A DNA stretch of 64,000 nucleotides from Phaeosaccion multiseriatum. Lineage: Eukaryota; Protista; Ochrophyta, other classes. This document shows positions 21,186 to 35,733 of this stretch, piece after piece. How positions within the stretch are numbered: the first letter of the stretch is position 1; each line of letters begins with the position of its first letter. The position numbers and the translations under genes were made by a program. The stretch is from positions 496,001 to 560,000 of the forward strand of contig OZ218959.1 of NCBI GenBank assembly GCA_965112735.1, written 5' to 3'. Below the pieces are notes generated by a model. The model saw nothing but the letters and a program-made list of their open reading frames with translations, was not told the DNA's origin and did not search any database.

Positions 21186-24100
21186 TCAGCGGCCTTGATC
21201 GTGTGATGGGCTTGTAGGGCTGTACGCAGGGCTCGTTGGGCTGTAGGCAGGGCTCGTTGGGCTGTAAGCAGGGCTCGTTGGGCTGTACGCAGGGCTCGTT
21301 GGGCTGTACGCAGGGCTCGTTGGGCTGTAAGCTGGGCTCGTTGGGCTGTATGCAGGGCTCGTTGGGCTGTACGCAGGGCTCGTTGGGCTGTACGCAGGGC
21401 TCGTTGGGCTGTAAGCAGGGCTCGTTGGGCTGTAAGCAGGGCTCGTTGGGCTGTAAGCAGGGCTCGTTGGGCTGTAGGCAGGGCTCGTTGGGCTGTAGGC
21501 AGGGCTTGATGGAGAATAGGCCGGGCTGGATGGAGAATAGGCCGGGCTAGTAGGTGAATAGAGAGGGCTGCTACCTCCCGCCGGTGATGAGGGTGAATAG
21601 GCCGGACTAGTTGGCGAATAGGCTGGACTGGAGGGAGAGTAGAGGGGGCTTGAGGCTGAGTACATCCCGCTCGGTGACGACGGGCTCATGGCTGGTGAGG
21701 TTGGTGAGTATGCTGGGCTCGTAGGTGAATAGGCGGGGCTGGCTTGTCCTACTCCAGGAGACATGGGAGACTGGCTCGGGCTGAACGCGTTGGCAGGGCT
21801 GGCGAAGGGACTTGCGCCTCCGATGGGAGAGAAGGCGCCGATGGAGCCTCCGAACGGTGTGCTGGTGACGGAGGGTGACATCATACCGGGGCTCCACCCC
21901 GGGGTCGCGTGGGGCGTGTGGGCAGGCGTCTGCGCGACGGCCCCTGTCTCCTTCATGCGGTAGTCCAGACCGGGCATCTCCATTGCGTCCCCCAGCTTGC
22001 CCTCGTCTGGTATTGGAGTATAGTGCAGGGATGGCAGTAGAGGGGAGGGATGGCAGCAGATGGCAGCAGAGGGGTGGATCAGACGAGTGCACGAGAAAGA
22101 GCCATGGATCAAAAGATGGCAGCAGATGCGAATTGTAGATGGACCACAGGAGTGAAATGATTACTTCTTTGACCCATCTCCATTCCTCTGGTCCATCCAT
22201 CCATCTGCTACCCCATCATCTGTCTCTTTTGCCATCTCTGTAAAACGACAATCGACTCACCGAGCAGAAGGTTGAGGCAACCCGACCCCACGTTGGCGAG
22301 CTGCCCGAGCATAATGTTGTCCGTCACTCCCTGACGAGACGAGGGAGACGAGTTGGGATGGTTGGGATGGTACGGGTGCGTAAGTTGAGATCGATCATCC
22401 GTATTTTCATACCACGCTAGGGAAAAGGAAAAAAGGGTGGAGTCTGAAAGGTGGTACACATGTTGGAATCCGTATCGTCGACATTTGAGGGGGTGATCGT
22501 TCAATTGTGTGTCGCTGGGACGCAGAGCAAAGTATGAGAATAGGGCCATAAGGGTAACACGCAACACACGCAACAGGATGAAGACCCCCCTCGTTGTTGG
22601 TTGTCTGGAGAGTGGCAGCTGCCACAATGCGTGATGGTTGCCCACGATTCGGACCTCACAAAAGCCATCTTTTACACTCAGGCAGCCTACGTAGCAGTAC
22701 GTATGTACCGACCGTTACACTAACCTTGAGGTTGTCGCTCTCGGCGTACACAGCGGCCTCCATGAGGATCTCCACCGTCTCTTCGAAACTCGCCCGCAGC
22801 ATGGGCCCGTTGTCCACCCGGTTAATGCCGTGCCGCGTAATGGCCATGAGGTGTCCCTTGGAGGTCATAACGTCCACCAGAGAGCCCAAGTGTCGGTAGT
22901 TGACGTAACCGCCGCCGGAGCCCTCCACGCACGCCCGGAACTCGTTGAGCAGCGAGTTGCGCGCCGCCTCGATGCCCAGCACCTGAGAGGGGTTGGGCAG
23001 GGAGTGAGTGAGCAGGGGAGTGTCAGTCAGCGAGAAAGTGAGCAAGTTGAGTACCAGTTAGACAGTGAGCAAGTTGAGTACCAGTTACACAGTGAGCAAG
23101 TGAGTGAGTGGAGTGAGTGAGTTGCGCGCCCCCCGCACCTCAAAGTTCTCCACCACGTCGTTGGTGATGACCCGCTTGTAGTCGATGATGCTCTTGCCCT
23201 GCTCGTCGAGAAGGTTCATGACCGCCATGAGGTTGGACCCGTCCGTCTCGAGCACCCACTCCGTCTTCTTCTGGAAGCCCCCCGCCGTGGTGTGCTGCTG
23301 CACCTCCTTCTCGTTAAAGTACACCTTGTTGATGCCTGTGAAGGTGAGGGATAGTGAGAGGGGGTAGTCAAGCAAGGAGAGGGAAGGGCGAGGAGGAGGA
23401 GAGAGGGTGAGTGGGTGAGAGGAAGTGAGAGGGCAATGGGAGGTTAAGCGGAAGGGAGTGAGTGAGTGGGTGAGGGGTTGAATGAGAGGGAGGGTGGGAC
23501 TCTTGCCATGGGCAGTGGGCTCTTCCACGGAGCGCAGGCCACACCACCCGCCTCACTCCAGAGCCTCAGGCAGGCAATGATTCGTCGGAGATCCGATCAG
23601 AGCCCGCCAGGGGGAGAACAAGGCATTGGCTCAGCACAACATTCTTGGATACGCGTTAGGGATACCTTTGCTTCATAGCTAAGCCGTTACAAACCGTTAC
23701 ACACTCAGGACTGCGTGTGAGACGGGATTGGGATTGGGCTCAGAGAGATAGAGAGAGTTATGGGGGGAACAATCACAACTCATCGCATGCTATCCATCGC
23801 TGACTCACCCGGCACCCCCTGCAGGTTGAGCTTGAAGAGCTGCTGCTCGAGCTGCTTGAGGAACTTGACGTCCGAGTCCTTCACCGCCCCGTCGGCGTCG
23901 TCCTGCTTGTCGGCCTCGGCGCTCTCGTCGATGATGCGGATGCGCAGCACATGCTTGTCCGCGTTCATGTCGCTCACCACCACCTGACAACGTGGTGCAG
24001 CAGTTGGTCATACATACTTAGAGCGTGAGTAGGCGGTTGGTGGTATGTGACGCACACAAAGCACTTTCCAAAGCGCAAAACTACACCACACGAGCCACAA

Positions 24101-26083
24101 AATAACGAGCCATGCGCACACCCACATACCTGCATGGACGTCCCAAAGTGCTCCGTAATCTTGTGCGAGATGATGTCTCTGAGGTGCAGCTTCTTGCTAT
24201 GCACCACCGAGCGGTTCAGCTCAATGCGCAGCAGCCAGGGGCTCACGAGGCCGGAGTTGGTCTCGTCGGGCACGTCAAAGTATGTCTGCACAAACTCAAA
24301 GTCCTCCGCAATGACCGTGCTCTCCACCTGGTTGGGTAGGGTGGTTGGGTAGGGAGGGATGGGTAATGAGGAGAGAGGGGAATGTTCATGAGGGGAGCGA
24401 GGTAGGGATGAAAGGATGGATGAGCCGCCTCCTGGCGTGCACATGGCGGAGGAGAAAAGAGGGGTGCTGTCGTGCGTGCGTGTGAGGAGATGTCGCAAGA
24501 GAAGGTATAAGACAGAGGAGACAGCCAGCCGCCATACTTCGCTCCAGAGAGTCGTCCTCTCTCTCGGGCGCCGAGAGCGGAAGAGGCAGACGCAGCGACA
24601 GCAAGAGACGGCACAACACAAGTGGTAGCTAGAGCTAGCGCCCCTCCCTCTTCCTCACCTTGGGGTCGTAGTAGATCTGCGTGCTGTTCACAATGTCCCC
24701 CAGGGTGTAGTACTCCAGCAGCCGAGACGCGTTGTTGGCCTGTGAGGCGCCAGCGCAGAGCAAGGCACACAACGGAGGGGGAGAAGGTCCGTGGGGGCTT
24801 GAGCGTGTGCGTGCGCGAGTGCCAGAGCAGAGCAGGGCGGATTCGCACTACGCATGGAAGCACACAAAGACACGCACATAAACACCCAACACACCACGTA
24901 CGCCCACACACACGCACACACACGCCCACACACACACGACGCACCTCTTCCTTCTCCTGCGCCACCTCCGGGGCGAGGTGGAGCGTGAGGCCCGGCGTCT
25001 TGAGCTTCTTGCTCACGTTGATAATCTCCTTCACCCGAGGCACTCCCAGCGTAACGTTCTTGGACGACACACCGGCGTAGTGGAAGGTGTTGAGTGTCAT
25101 CTGCGTGATGGGCTCCCCAATGGACTGCGCAGCAAGCACGCCGCACATCTCGCTGCAAAGGGGGGGCAGTGGGGGAGGAAGGGTCACAGGCAAGGACAGT
25201 AGAGCAATTAGAGCGTGAGGGGAGGCGGCATGGTGACACGCACGCACACACATGACTCTCGGCAGGCGGAGAGGGGAGGAGGGAGGAGGGAGGAGGGAGG
25301 CCACGCACACACACACCCCTCCGTCTCGCCTCTCTCTCTACTCACCCTGGCGCCACCCGTGATGCCATAAACTTGGTCTCCACCTCCCCCACGGCCCAGT
25401 CGAAGGCCGCCTTGCTGAGGCGGTATGTGAGCAGCACGCGCTTCGTGGCCAGCATGGACCGCACCATCACCTGAGACGGAGGAGGGGGAGGGAGTGCACA
25501 TCGATCGCACATGGCGCATCGGAAACCAAAACCATGAGCGTCCTCATTCTCTAGTTTCTCTCCTGAGGAATTGACGCCAGGCCCACTCGCAAAACATCGA
25601 TTTGACTCGCATCGGACGAATTGAGCGAGACAACAGAGACAACAACCACCACCACCACCACCACAACAACAACAATAGCGACAACAACCACCACCACCAC
25701 AACAGCAGCCCCACGTGTGTTTGTACTGACACATTTCCATCAAGCCCTCTGTCCTCGTACACACCTTAAAGAGCATGGTAGCGTTGGCTTGCGCCTCCTG
25801 AGACAGCCGGTCATGCCCTGGCACCACCACCAGCCGTTCGCACAGCGCCTGGGAGGACGAGAAGAAGAAGAAGAAGAAGAAGAAGAAGAAGAAGAAGGAG
25901 GAGGAGGAGGAGGAGGAGGAGGAGGAGGAGGAGGAGTCAGAGCCGAGGCGGTGCCGTCCGCTTGCTTGGCCTCATGTCATGCCTCATCCACACACAGAGC
26001 AGCCCTCCAGGTCTCTCTCGCTTCCTTCCCTCCAGCACGCATGCAGAGAAGGACGGAAGGAGGAGGAGGGCGCAACTATCTCC

Positions 26084-26114
<31 letters not shown>

Positions 26115-29100
26115 CGAGTGTGGAGTGCCATCCTTACCTTGACTGTGTCGTACACATACTCGGGCTCGAGGTCAGTGGGTCTGTTGACGTCGATCTGGAA
26201 CATGCGCTGCGCGTTCCAAATAAGGCGGCGGATGTTGATGGGGATGTTGAACGACGCATCGTCCCAGCTCCCCCTGAACAGAACAAGAGCACAAAAGGGC
26301 ACAGCCACACACACACCAAGTCAGTAGTGCACTTGGAATATTAAAAGCCACACGCGCACACCCCCCGCTGTACTCCTCCACTCACTGCCCCCCTCCCTAA
26401 CCTGGCCTTGTTGGTCAGCAGCAGGGCCTGCTGGTCCTGCACGAGCTGCTCCACCTCCGCCTCGAGCTTGTCGCGCAGGACGTCGTTGTGGCGACACATT
26501 TCCACCACGCGGTCCGTCATGTAGGGCCGGTCCGCCACCAGCTGAGAGGTCACAAGCCACAAGCCACAAGGAGGGCGTCGTCAGCCAGCACGTCAGCACG
26601 TCAGCACGTCAGCTCCCCTCAGCTCTGCTCAGCTCTGCTCAGCTCAACCAGGCGAGAGGCGAGAACCGACCCTCTCCTCTGACCCCAATCTGACCCCCAT
26701 CTGACCCCGATCTGACCCCGATCTGACCCTTGCCCTTGCTCTTGCCCTTGCCCATGCCCATGCCCACCCACCTTGTTCTGCCCCAGTGTGGCAGAGTCCA
26801 CGTCGAGCACGTAAAGCGCCACGAAGTCGCTCCTCTTGAGCGTGAGGAGGTCGAAGCGCTGTGTTTCGATGCGCGTGCCGTCCATGCCGTCCTCCCCGTA
26901 CAGGAATTGCATCACCTGCACACACGCACACACACACGCGCGCACACACACACACGCACACGCACACACGCACACACAGACACACGCACACGCACACACG
27001 TCAATCTTCCTCCCCAGGTAGACACCACTCGCTTCTTCGAGCGATGCGTACGAGATACGATACACCAGGCCGAGCACCTGGCTTAGCCTCCAACCTGCCC
27101 ACCCAGCCTCTAGACCCAGCACCCGTCCCTCCCCCTGAACCCTCTCCTCTGACCCACCCACCCACCCACCCACCTGATTGTTCTGGTTCCTGAGTGTGCC
27201 GTCGTACTTGGCCTGCACGGCCTCCAGCGCCTTGACGAGCCTGCGCTGAATGTAGCCCGTCTCTGCCGTCTTGACCGCCGTATCGATGAGTCCCTCTCGT
27301 CCCGACATGGCGTGGAAGAAGAACTCCTGCGGCCGCAGACCTGTGAGGAGGGGCGGGGCGAAGGGGGAGGAAGAGAAGGGGAGAGAGGAGGAGGAGGAGG
27401 AGGAGGAGGAGGAGGAGGAGGAGGAGGAGGAGGAGGAGGAGAAGGAGGAAAAGGTCAAGGGCATTGGACATTTCCTTTCGCGTTGGTTGGCTTTCTTGCC
27501 AGGCCTTTCTTTGTGTTCAACTCTGCCTCGACCAAACCAAATCACACCGAGAGAGCTCAGGGCACAGACAGCACGCTCCCTTTCCCCCTCCCTCCCCTCT
27601 TTTTAGGGGGCCTTAGAGGGGGCCGTCTCACCTCTGAGGTACGAGTTCTCCACGAAGCCTCGACTCTCCGGGCCCAAATCATCCTTAGCGAAGTGCGGCA
27701 GAGTGCGGCCTTTGAAGCCGTAGCTGATGCGCTTGCCCTCCACGTTCTGTTGCCCTACACAGGCCAGAATCTGAGACACGTTGAGCTCCGAGCCTGTGCA
27801 TGGCATGTCCAGCGAAGGGCATGGGATGACAAAGACGTGTGAGTCGTTGGGGGCGCCAGGCACACACAGGCACACATGGCCGGCGAGAAGCACACTATCC
27901 ACAGATGGATGGAGAGAGACACAACATTCACAGACGGCTGGCGAGAAACACCATATTCACAGATGGCTGGCGAGAGACACAACCTTCACACCACAAGTTC
28001 CGAAAAGGTGCGAAACGCGGCGAGAGGGGCCGGGCCCTCCGAGTGCCCTCCCCCTCTGCCTTCTCTCCTCGCCTTTACTGCCCCTCCCTCTGTCTGCTCT
28101 ACTCGCCTTGACGGGCCTCCCCTCCCCTCCCCTCCCCTCCCCTCCCTCTCCCCTCGCCTCCGCTCTCCTCCGCTCACCTTTACTGCCGCACGTGGCCATG
28201 TGCTTGACGGCGTTCCTCTGTGTAAGCGAGTTCTGCGCCTTCTTGCCCGTCTCCGTTCGAGAGTCGTTCAGCACTGTGCCCGGGTGGGTTGGGTTGTGGT
28301 GGGGAGGAGTGGCCGGGCCGTCGAGTGACAGAAAACACATGACACACACGATAGGAGAGCGATGAGCAAGGCGCGGCGACAGCGACCGTGTGTGAGCAAC
28401 TGGCCTGGGCAGCCTGCAGGAGGAGACGTGAGCCTCACGCTCGCCGAACGGGGCTAGGGAAGCACTCACTCACCGCTGTTGATTCTCGACTCGAGTGTGG
28501 CCATCATGGACATGCCGGGCTGCCTCTCGAGCTGCCCCTTCTGCCCCTGCTCCACAAGAGACCCCACCTGAGAAGCATCGAGAATGGGAATGGAATGGGG
28601 CGGAGCACATTAGATCAGACGAACTCGACTAGTGGAGAAGAGATGGGGTGCTGTCTTCGGCCTCCCTCCCTCCCTCCCTCTCTCCCTCCCTCTTCCTCCT
28701 ACCTGTGACTTGGTGTTGTCGATGATGGTCTCGATGGTGCGAATGGTCTCGGCATCGGCCACAGTGTCCGCCACACCGATACTGAAGGAGTGCGCCAGCA
28801 GCCAGTTGTTGACCACCACCTGAATCTGCCCCATGAAGCGCGCTGTCACGGCCCAGCCCTTCTCCAGCCAGGCAATGTGAATGAGGCCCTGCCCCGAGCT
28901 ACCCACAGTCTTCTTGTCTACGATGCCCATGACGAGCTCCCCTTCGTGCACGAGCACGTTCCTGTCGCTAAAGTTGAGCAAGTTGTCTCCGTCGGGCTCA
29001 CCGCTCGCTCGCCCCGTAAAGTTCACCTGTAGAGGGAGCAGATGGCAGCAGATGGCAGCAGATGGCGGCAGGCGATCGACAGACATGAGCCGGCCGGGGG

Positions 29101-31391
29101 AAGCAAGAAGCAGAAGCCCTGTGACACGAGAACAGTCGTCGTCATCCTCCTCCTCCTCCTCCCCTCCTTCGTCCCCCTCCTCTCCGTTCTCGGCCGTGTA
29201 CCCACCTTCGGACAGATGACTGAGAAGACCTGCTTGCCGGTCCACAGCGGCTTGGGCTTGATGATTGTGGGAGCCGGCACCTGCCCGTCCCAGTCGTCCA
29301 CCCACATGAGCAGGTTCATCATGAGCTCTCTCTCGATGAAGCAGTCCCGACGGGTCAGTAGCGCCACTGCCATCAGCGTGTCCTGCAACAAGGGGGGGGG
29401 GGGGGCAGTGGACAGAGAGGGGGTGAGAGGGTGAGAGCGTGAGAGGGAGGCCGGCCTTCGAGGGGACCGAAGGAGGGAGGGAGGCAGCTGGGACATCGCC
29501 AGCAAGCAGACATGGCAGGCAGGGATGTGTGTGTCCTGCCACCCAAACGAGAGCGACGGACGCACCTGCACGATACCCATGACGGGCTTGTTGGACTGCG
29601 GACTGACAATGTTGCGGGGCACCATCATGAGCTCCTGCGCCTCCGCCTTGGCCACGAGCGACTGCGGCACGTGCAGGTTCATCTCATCCCCATCAAAGTC
29701 GGCGTTGTAAGGCGACGTGACAGACAGGTTCATTCGAAACGTGCTAAAGTCCAGCACCTTGACCCTATGGGCCATGATGCTCATCTTGTGCAGCGAGGGC
29801 TGGCGGTTGAAGATGATGACGTCATCGTCACGGAGGTGCCTCTCAATGACCCAGCCGGACTCCAGGATGAGGTCGTTCTTGTTGCGGATGTAGCGCAGGT
29901 CGATGCGCACACCGTCGTTGCGGATGATGTACTTGGCGCCTGGAGGTGGCAGGAGGAGGAGGGAGGAGGCAAAGCATGGAGCAGAGGCAGCGCAGCACAG
30001 AGGCGTATGGGCACGGCACAGCGAGACAGTGGCAAGTGAGTAAGGGAGGGCGCAGTGCGAGGACTGCGAGGGCTGCAAGGTACTCCGCCCTCAGCCTGGA
30101 GGGAAGCGTACACAATAGTGTGTGGATGGATATTGCAGTGAACTGAAAACTAAGCCAACAGAGATGAGCCAGGCCGCTCCTCCCCCTCCCCTTTCTCCTT
30201 CCTTTCCCCCCTACCCACCGGGGTGCTCCATGGGCCCCTTGGCCACGAGTGCGGAGAGCGTCTCGTGGTTGAAGGGCGTCACCACCTCGGGGCACGTCAG
30301 GTTCAGAGCGATGCTGCGCGGTACGCCAACCTGTGGTAAAGTGGACCACCAATGTGGGTGGTAGCAGGGCGGGGCGGGGCGGCGTGACGCAGGCTGCAGT
30401 AGATTCGACAGGCACTACACAATACTTGTGTGTCTGCAGTGGAGATGTGTGCATGCTTCGACGCATGGCGTCCTGCTGCTGCTCCGCTCCAGTCTACACA
30501 GAACTCTCCTCCCCCCCGGGGTATTCTTGGTTTTTTTCTTTCTTTCCCTCTCCTCTATCCTTCCTGTCCCGCCCACCTGGTCGATGCCCAGGATGGGGTC
30601 TGCGGTGATGACCGTTCGAGCGGAGAAGTCAACGCGCTTGCCCATGAGGTTCCCTCGGATGCGCCCCTCCTTGCCCTTGAGGCGCTGGCGGATGGTCTTC
30701 AGAGGCTTGCCGCTTCGCTGCGTCTCTTGCGGCTGCACCGAGGAAAAGGGGGATGGCAGTGGAGGAGGAGGGGGGAGTGGGTAAATGTGTTGAAAAGTGG
30801 AGCGGGTAAGCGCATGTCTCTGTCCAAAGCCCGCAGGCAATGAAGGACTGAGACCGATCGGTCCTGCTGCCCCCTCCTCCCTCCCCCTTGCCCCCCCCCC
30901 TCTTTCCCTCCCTCTCTATCCCAGCTCTCTCTCTCTCTCCCTTTCCTTCCCTCCCTTCCTTCCTCGCTCCTCTCCCTCCCTCTCTCCCTACCGCACCTGC
31001 CCGGCCTGCTCGTTGTCGAAGAGGGCGCTGATCTTGAACTGCAGCAGCTGTTCATACTCAAGCATGATGTGCGGCGGCTCGCCCATCTCCACAGAGTTCT
31101 TGAGCGTGTTGTTGGCCTTGACGATGTTCACCAGCTGGTGCGTCAGATCGTCTTCGCTCCTCCCCAGACCCCCGTCCAAGGCTACACTCGGTCGTACGTG
31201 TGGGGGGGGCACCTGGAGGGAGCAAAGAGCAACGCGCAAAGAGCAAAGAGCAAAGACCCAGAGAGCGCGTGAGTCACACAAAGAGGGGCATGAAGGTGCC
31301 AAGCCAGGCAGGAGGACAACAAGATTGTATAACTTGGGTATTGTGGAGGCGAGCAAACACATGGTCCTTGGGGGCGAGAGACCAGAGAGAA

Positions 31392-31446
<55 letters not shown>

Positions 31447-32021
31447 CAGAGGGAGAGATGGAGAGATGGAGAAACGGAGAGATAGAGAGAGAGGCGAGTC
31501 TGGGCGATGCGGTGTGGTAGTCAGGAGGGCAGGAGAGATCAGACCAGGGCAGGAGGGCGTGGAATGGTGTGCAGGCATGTCTCACCGGCAGCACGGTTAT
31601 GATGAGCCAGTCTGGGCGGGAATACTTGGGGTCCAGGCCCAAGAAGACGATGTCCTCGTCCGAAATGTTCTTCAGAATCTCGTGCACCTGTGGAATGTAT
31701 GAAGTAGGTGAGAGGACATGGGTCAAGACAATACGACACATCGTCCAACCGTTGACAAACATGACATGTGACAAGTAAAGCGACAGCTCCCTACACCATG
31801 GGGTGGAGTTTCTTGTTATGGAGTTGAAGTGTATTGTATTGTCAGGATACTTGACGGGCTCACCGCCTCGCGCACCGTACAGACTCCACGATTGAGCTAC
31901 GCCGTTTCAGGTTAGGACACCTTCATCAATCGCTCGCCCCCCCGCAATGCATCAGGGAGTACTTCTACGTCCGCTACATGTGGCACTTCCGCTTCCTCGT
32001 TCGCTCACGCACACGCACGGC

Positions 32022-32057
<36 letters not shown>

Positions 32058-32319
32058 TTACTGGCGGGTAGCAGCTGCTTCCTGTCCCCGTTCCCCGGGT
32101 ACTCCCCCCCCTGCTCCGACAGAATGTGAATGCAGCCAAGCCAGCACAGCGCGGGTGACAGGTAACGTACGTAACGTCAGGCGAGTGAGTACAGCAAGTA
32201 CAGAGGTGCAAGCAAAGCAAGGGTCGATAGCCCCGAGAGGCCGAGAGGCAGGGATTCTTTGAACCTGTGCTTCCCTCCTCGCAGAGCACGCTCCTCTCGC
32301 TCTGAAGGGCCCCTTGGGG

Positions 32320-32361
<42 letters not shown>

Positions 32362-34235
32362 CAGAAACCACCAAGAAAACAAACAACAGACGTACATCCC
32401 CGTCCACCCACTCACGCACGCACTCACGCACTCAGGCACTCACGTTCATGTTCTCCGGATACTCCACCTCTACACGCAAGCCCGTCCGCGTGAATTTGGG
32501 GAGCTTCCCTCCGCAACCGCTTGGGCCCATACCCACGTTGGCGGCCTGGACAGGGGACAGGAGCAGCGCGGGGGGGGGGGGTGCGTGAGAACAGCGCAGC
32601 CGCTGCGGCGATAATCATTCCATGGAATTTGCATTGTGATGCAGAAAGGGAGGGGAGGGGAGGGGAGGGGAGGAGGGCGAAGGGTACCGCCCTCGCTACC
32701 CTCCCCAGCCCAACCCAGCCCACGCACTCCTCGGATAGAAGGGGGATTGCCACAGAGACAGAGACAGAGGCCGAGAGAGAGACCGAAACAGAGGCCAAGA
32801 CCAGACATGTGTGTATCGGTCTGTCTATCGCTCACCTCCGGCACGTCATCCCCCATGTCCCCCATGCCAAAGTTGCACTCGCTCTTGCCGCGGCAAGCCC
32901 TGGAGGGGCAGAGAGAGAGAGAGGAGAGAGACAGAGGGGTAGGGGGGCATATCAGAACGAGCACCACCGCATCAGCATCAGCACCACAAACCAACGACAT
33001 ATCTCTCGCCCCTCGCCCTGTGCCCCACCAAGTGAACTAGAGCTCTCTGGCATTGCCTTACCGGTGCAACGACTCCAGCTTCGTCTTGGCGTTTCGGATG
33101 TTGGCTGCTCTTCGGTAGTTGGGGTCGCTCTTGTCGAGGCGGAGGCGGGAGCAGTGGAAGCACACACAGCGCAAGATCTGCTCGGCACCGCGAAGAGAAG
33201 GAGCACATTCGCGGCGGTAGGGACCGGAGCGAGAGGTTTAAAGATGTGTATTCGCCAACAAACGCCTCTTGGGGCCCGGCCATCCTCTGGGTGACTAGGC
33301 TCCCTCTTCTCCCTCTCTCTGGGGCGCCTTCCCCCTTCGCATTCGTCTCTTCTCCACCCATATTTCCGCCTCCCTCTCCATCCCCCCCCGTTCTTGCCCC
33401 CCTCTCCCCTCTCCCCTCTCCCCTCTCCCCCTGCCCCTTCCCCTCCCCAGCCCACCTTGAGCACGTAGTCTATGAAGCCCACGTGATACACGGGCTTTGC
33501 CAGCTCAATGTGGCCGAAGTGCCCGGGGCAGTCGTTAATCTTATTCCCGTTGGCTGCGGTATGCAGGCACGACAGACAGAGAAGGACAAGCGCCACGACG
33601 AGCGTTAACAGCCGCATAGGCACGAGAGCGACAGACACGACAGACAGAGATATCTGCCCCCCCCATTGCCCACCACCGCTCGTCTGTGTGCCTCACCTCC
33701 CTCGTTCTGTGTGCAGTCACAGGTTTTACACCTTGCCCGCTGGTCGAAGGTGCCCATCCTTGGGTCATTGACCCCTCCGTACACGGGCAGGCCGCTCCGG
33801 CTGTACGTCTCGTACTTTGTGATGCCGGAGGGGATGGCCTTGGCATTCTGCTTGAGCTTTTGAGTCACTGACATTTGTTTCTAGTAGCGCACAAGCACGA
33901 ACACGCCATGGACAAGAAGGAGAGAAAGAGGAGGGGGGCGGTGGGTGAGAGAGAGACGAGGCAGAGAGAGAAAGTGAGAGAGGGGGGGGGGGGGAGAGAG
34001 AGAGGAGACAAGACAGAGAGAACGAGAGAGAGAGGAAGAAAGAAGCACGTCACGAGCCAGAGCGTTCCAACCCCACCCATGAGATCCACATGCTCTCCGG
34101 CGCTCTGCCCATCGACATCGATCCATGCTCTCCGCACTTACTCACCACTTCATCTGGGCCCAGCACCCCAAACTGCAGCTTCTTAATATGTCGCAGACGC
34201 ACTGACGAGTGCGTGAACGTTTGGACCCCGCTCAT
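21186..34235 (-). CDS. RPB1: DNA-directed RNA polymerase II largest subunit, about 31 exons
   Basis: N-terminus [30 protein letters not shown]; [16 protein letters not shown]; [24 protein letters not shown]; catalytic [16 protein letters not shown]; [31 protein letters not shown]; [23 protein letters not shown]; [10 protein letters not shown]; heptad CTD. Confidence 0.99.
21204..21560 (-). repeat. RPB1 CTD: 17 contiguous heptads, mostly YSPTSPA, plus about 6 degenerate heptads upstream
   Basis: 21-nt periodicity and the translated ORF 21186..22112. Confidence 0.95.
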
Positions 34236-34590
34236 GGTGCCTCCTCTGTGCGGTAGCTACGAGCGACTCAGGTGCCCAGTCCTCCAAGGCCCTCCTCGCC
34301 CCGTGCGCCCCCCCCAGCCCCCCGCCCTGTCGATTCCCTCTATATCACTCCGCGCAGAGCTTTTACAAGAAAAAAGACTTCACTCGCTCCCACCGATAAC
34401 CCCCTCCCGCACCCCGCTCCTCACGTCTCGTCCGCCCAGACCACCTCAAAAGCTGCTCCACTCCGATCGAAGTCGACCACTCCCTAAAAGCCGTACCCTA
34501 GCCGCCCCGCCCTAGAGGGCTCGTCCCGGATGTCTCGCTGCGGCCTCCATCCCCTCCTGGGCTTGCTATCCACAGGACAGAAGAGACCAC

Positions 34591-34631
<41 letters not shown>

Positions 34632-35733
34632 GAAAAGGAGGAAATGGAGATTATCAGATTAGGAGAGAAAGAATAAAGAGATCCGACCCACGACCCACTT
34701 TCTGATCCACCCTTAAACCCCCCCCGCCCGCACATGTGCTTGTTTGGTGTCTACAAAGACATGTTCCCCACTTCTACGCCAGCGGATCAAGCTGCTTTAC
34801 ATGGTTGTGCCAGAGCTGCCCCTCGCCGCCGCATCCTACGACTCTGTCCTTTGATTGAATACACACTGCAATCCGCGCCACAGCCTTGCTGCTACAGGCC
34901 CAGCTGTGGCACAGCGAAGTCCGTCTTTACCATTGCCTTCCCCTGCCCTTGCTCCCACACCACAATGAACTGCCCCTCAAGACAGGTCCGCCAGCCGGCT
35001 CCATGGCCTTTCCGGCCTCTACACAGCCCTGTAACTCGGCTCGGCCCACCAATTGTACGTGGATCTCTGCACTCCTTTGCAAAGCGTCCGCTTTCTCCAT
35101 CTTCCCCGACGAACAGTCACTATCTTGCTCCCCGTACTATACCCACCAATCCCCTCCGCATGCCGCCCTATCTTACCTTGCTTCCCCGCTGAGTAACACC
35201 ACCAGCAACAGAAGAGCAAGGTGTAGCCACCGCGTTGCGTCTGAACAATAGTTTGCTTTACAGGAGACGCTCTCTCACCCTCTCTACTATCGCTTTGGTC
35301 TGGCGCAAATCCACCTCCCCCGGTGGGATCTTCTGCTCTCGTTTGGGTACCCAACTTTTTACGGCTGAGCTCAGTCGTCCTTCCGGAGAGAGAGAGGGTG
35401 GAGAGCAAAAAAAGGAAAGGCACCAGGGCAAAGAGGGATACAAGAGCCCTCAACTGCTCGAAGCGTCCAGCGGAAGCAGACGGCTCACACACAGCTTGGG
35501 TGAGTGCCATTTTCGGCGGCATGCAAGAGGCCTCCTCTTCACATGAAGGGCGGAGAGGCCCCCCTTCCTTTCTCTGCCTCCTCTCTTCCCCACCTCCCTC
35601 TCCCGCTGCACCCACCCCCCACTCACCTCCGCCCCGCCCACCCCCTCCTGCTTTGTAATGCAGCGCTCTGCGTGAAAGCGACGGCACCTCAACTGCACGT
35701 ACATGTCTAGTACGTAGCCCTGACACACTACTG

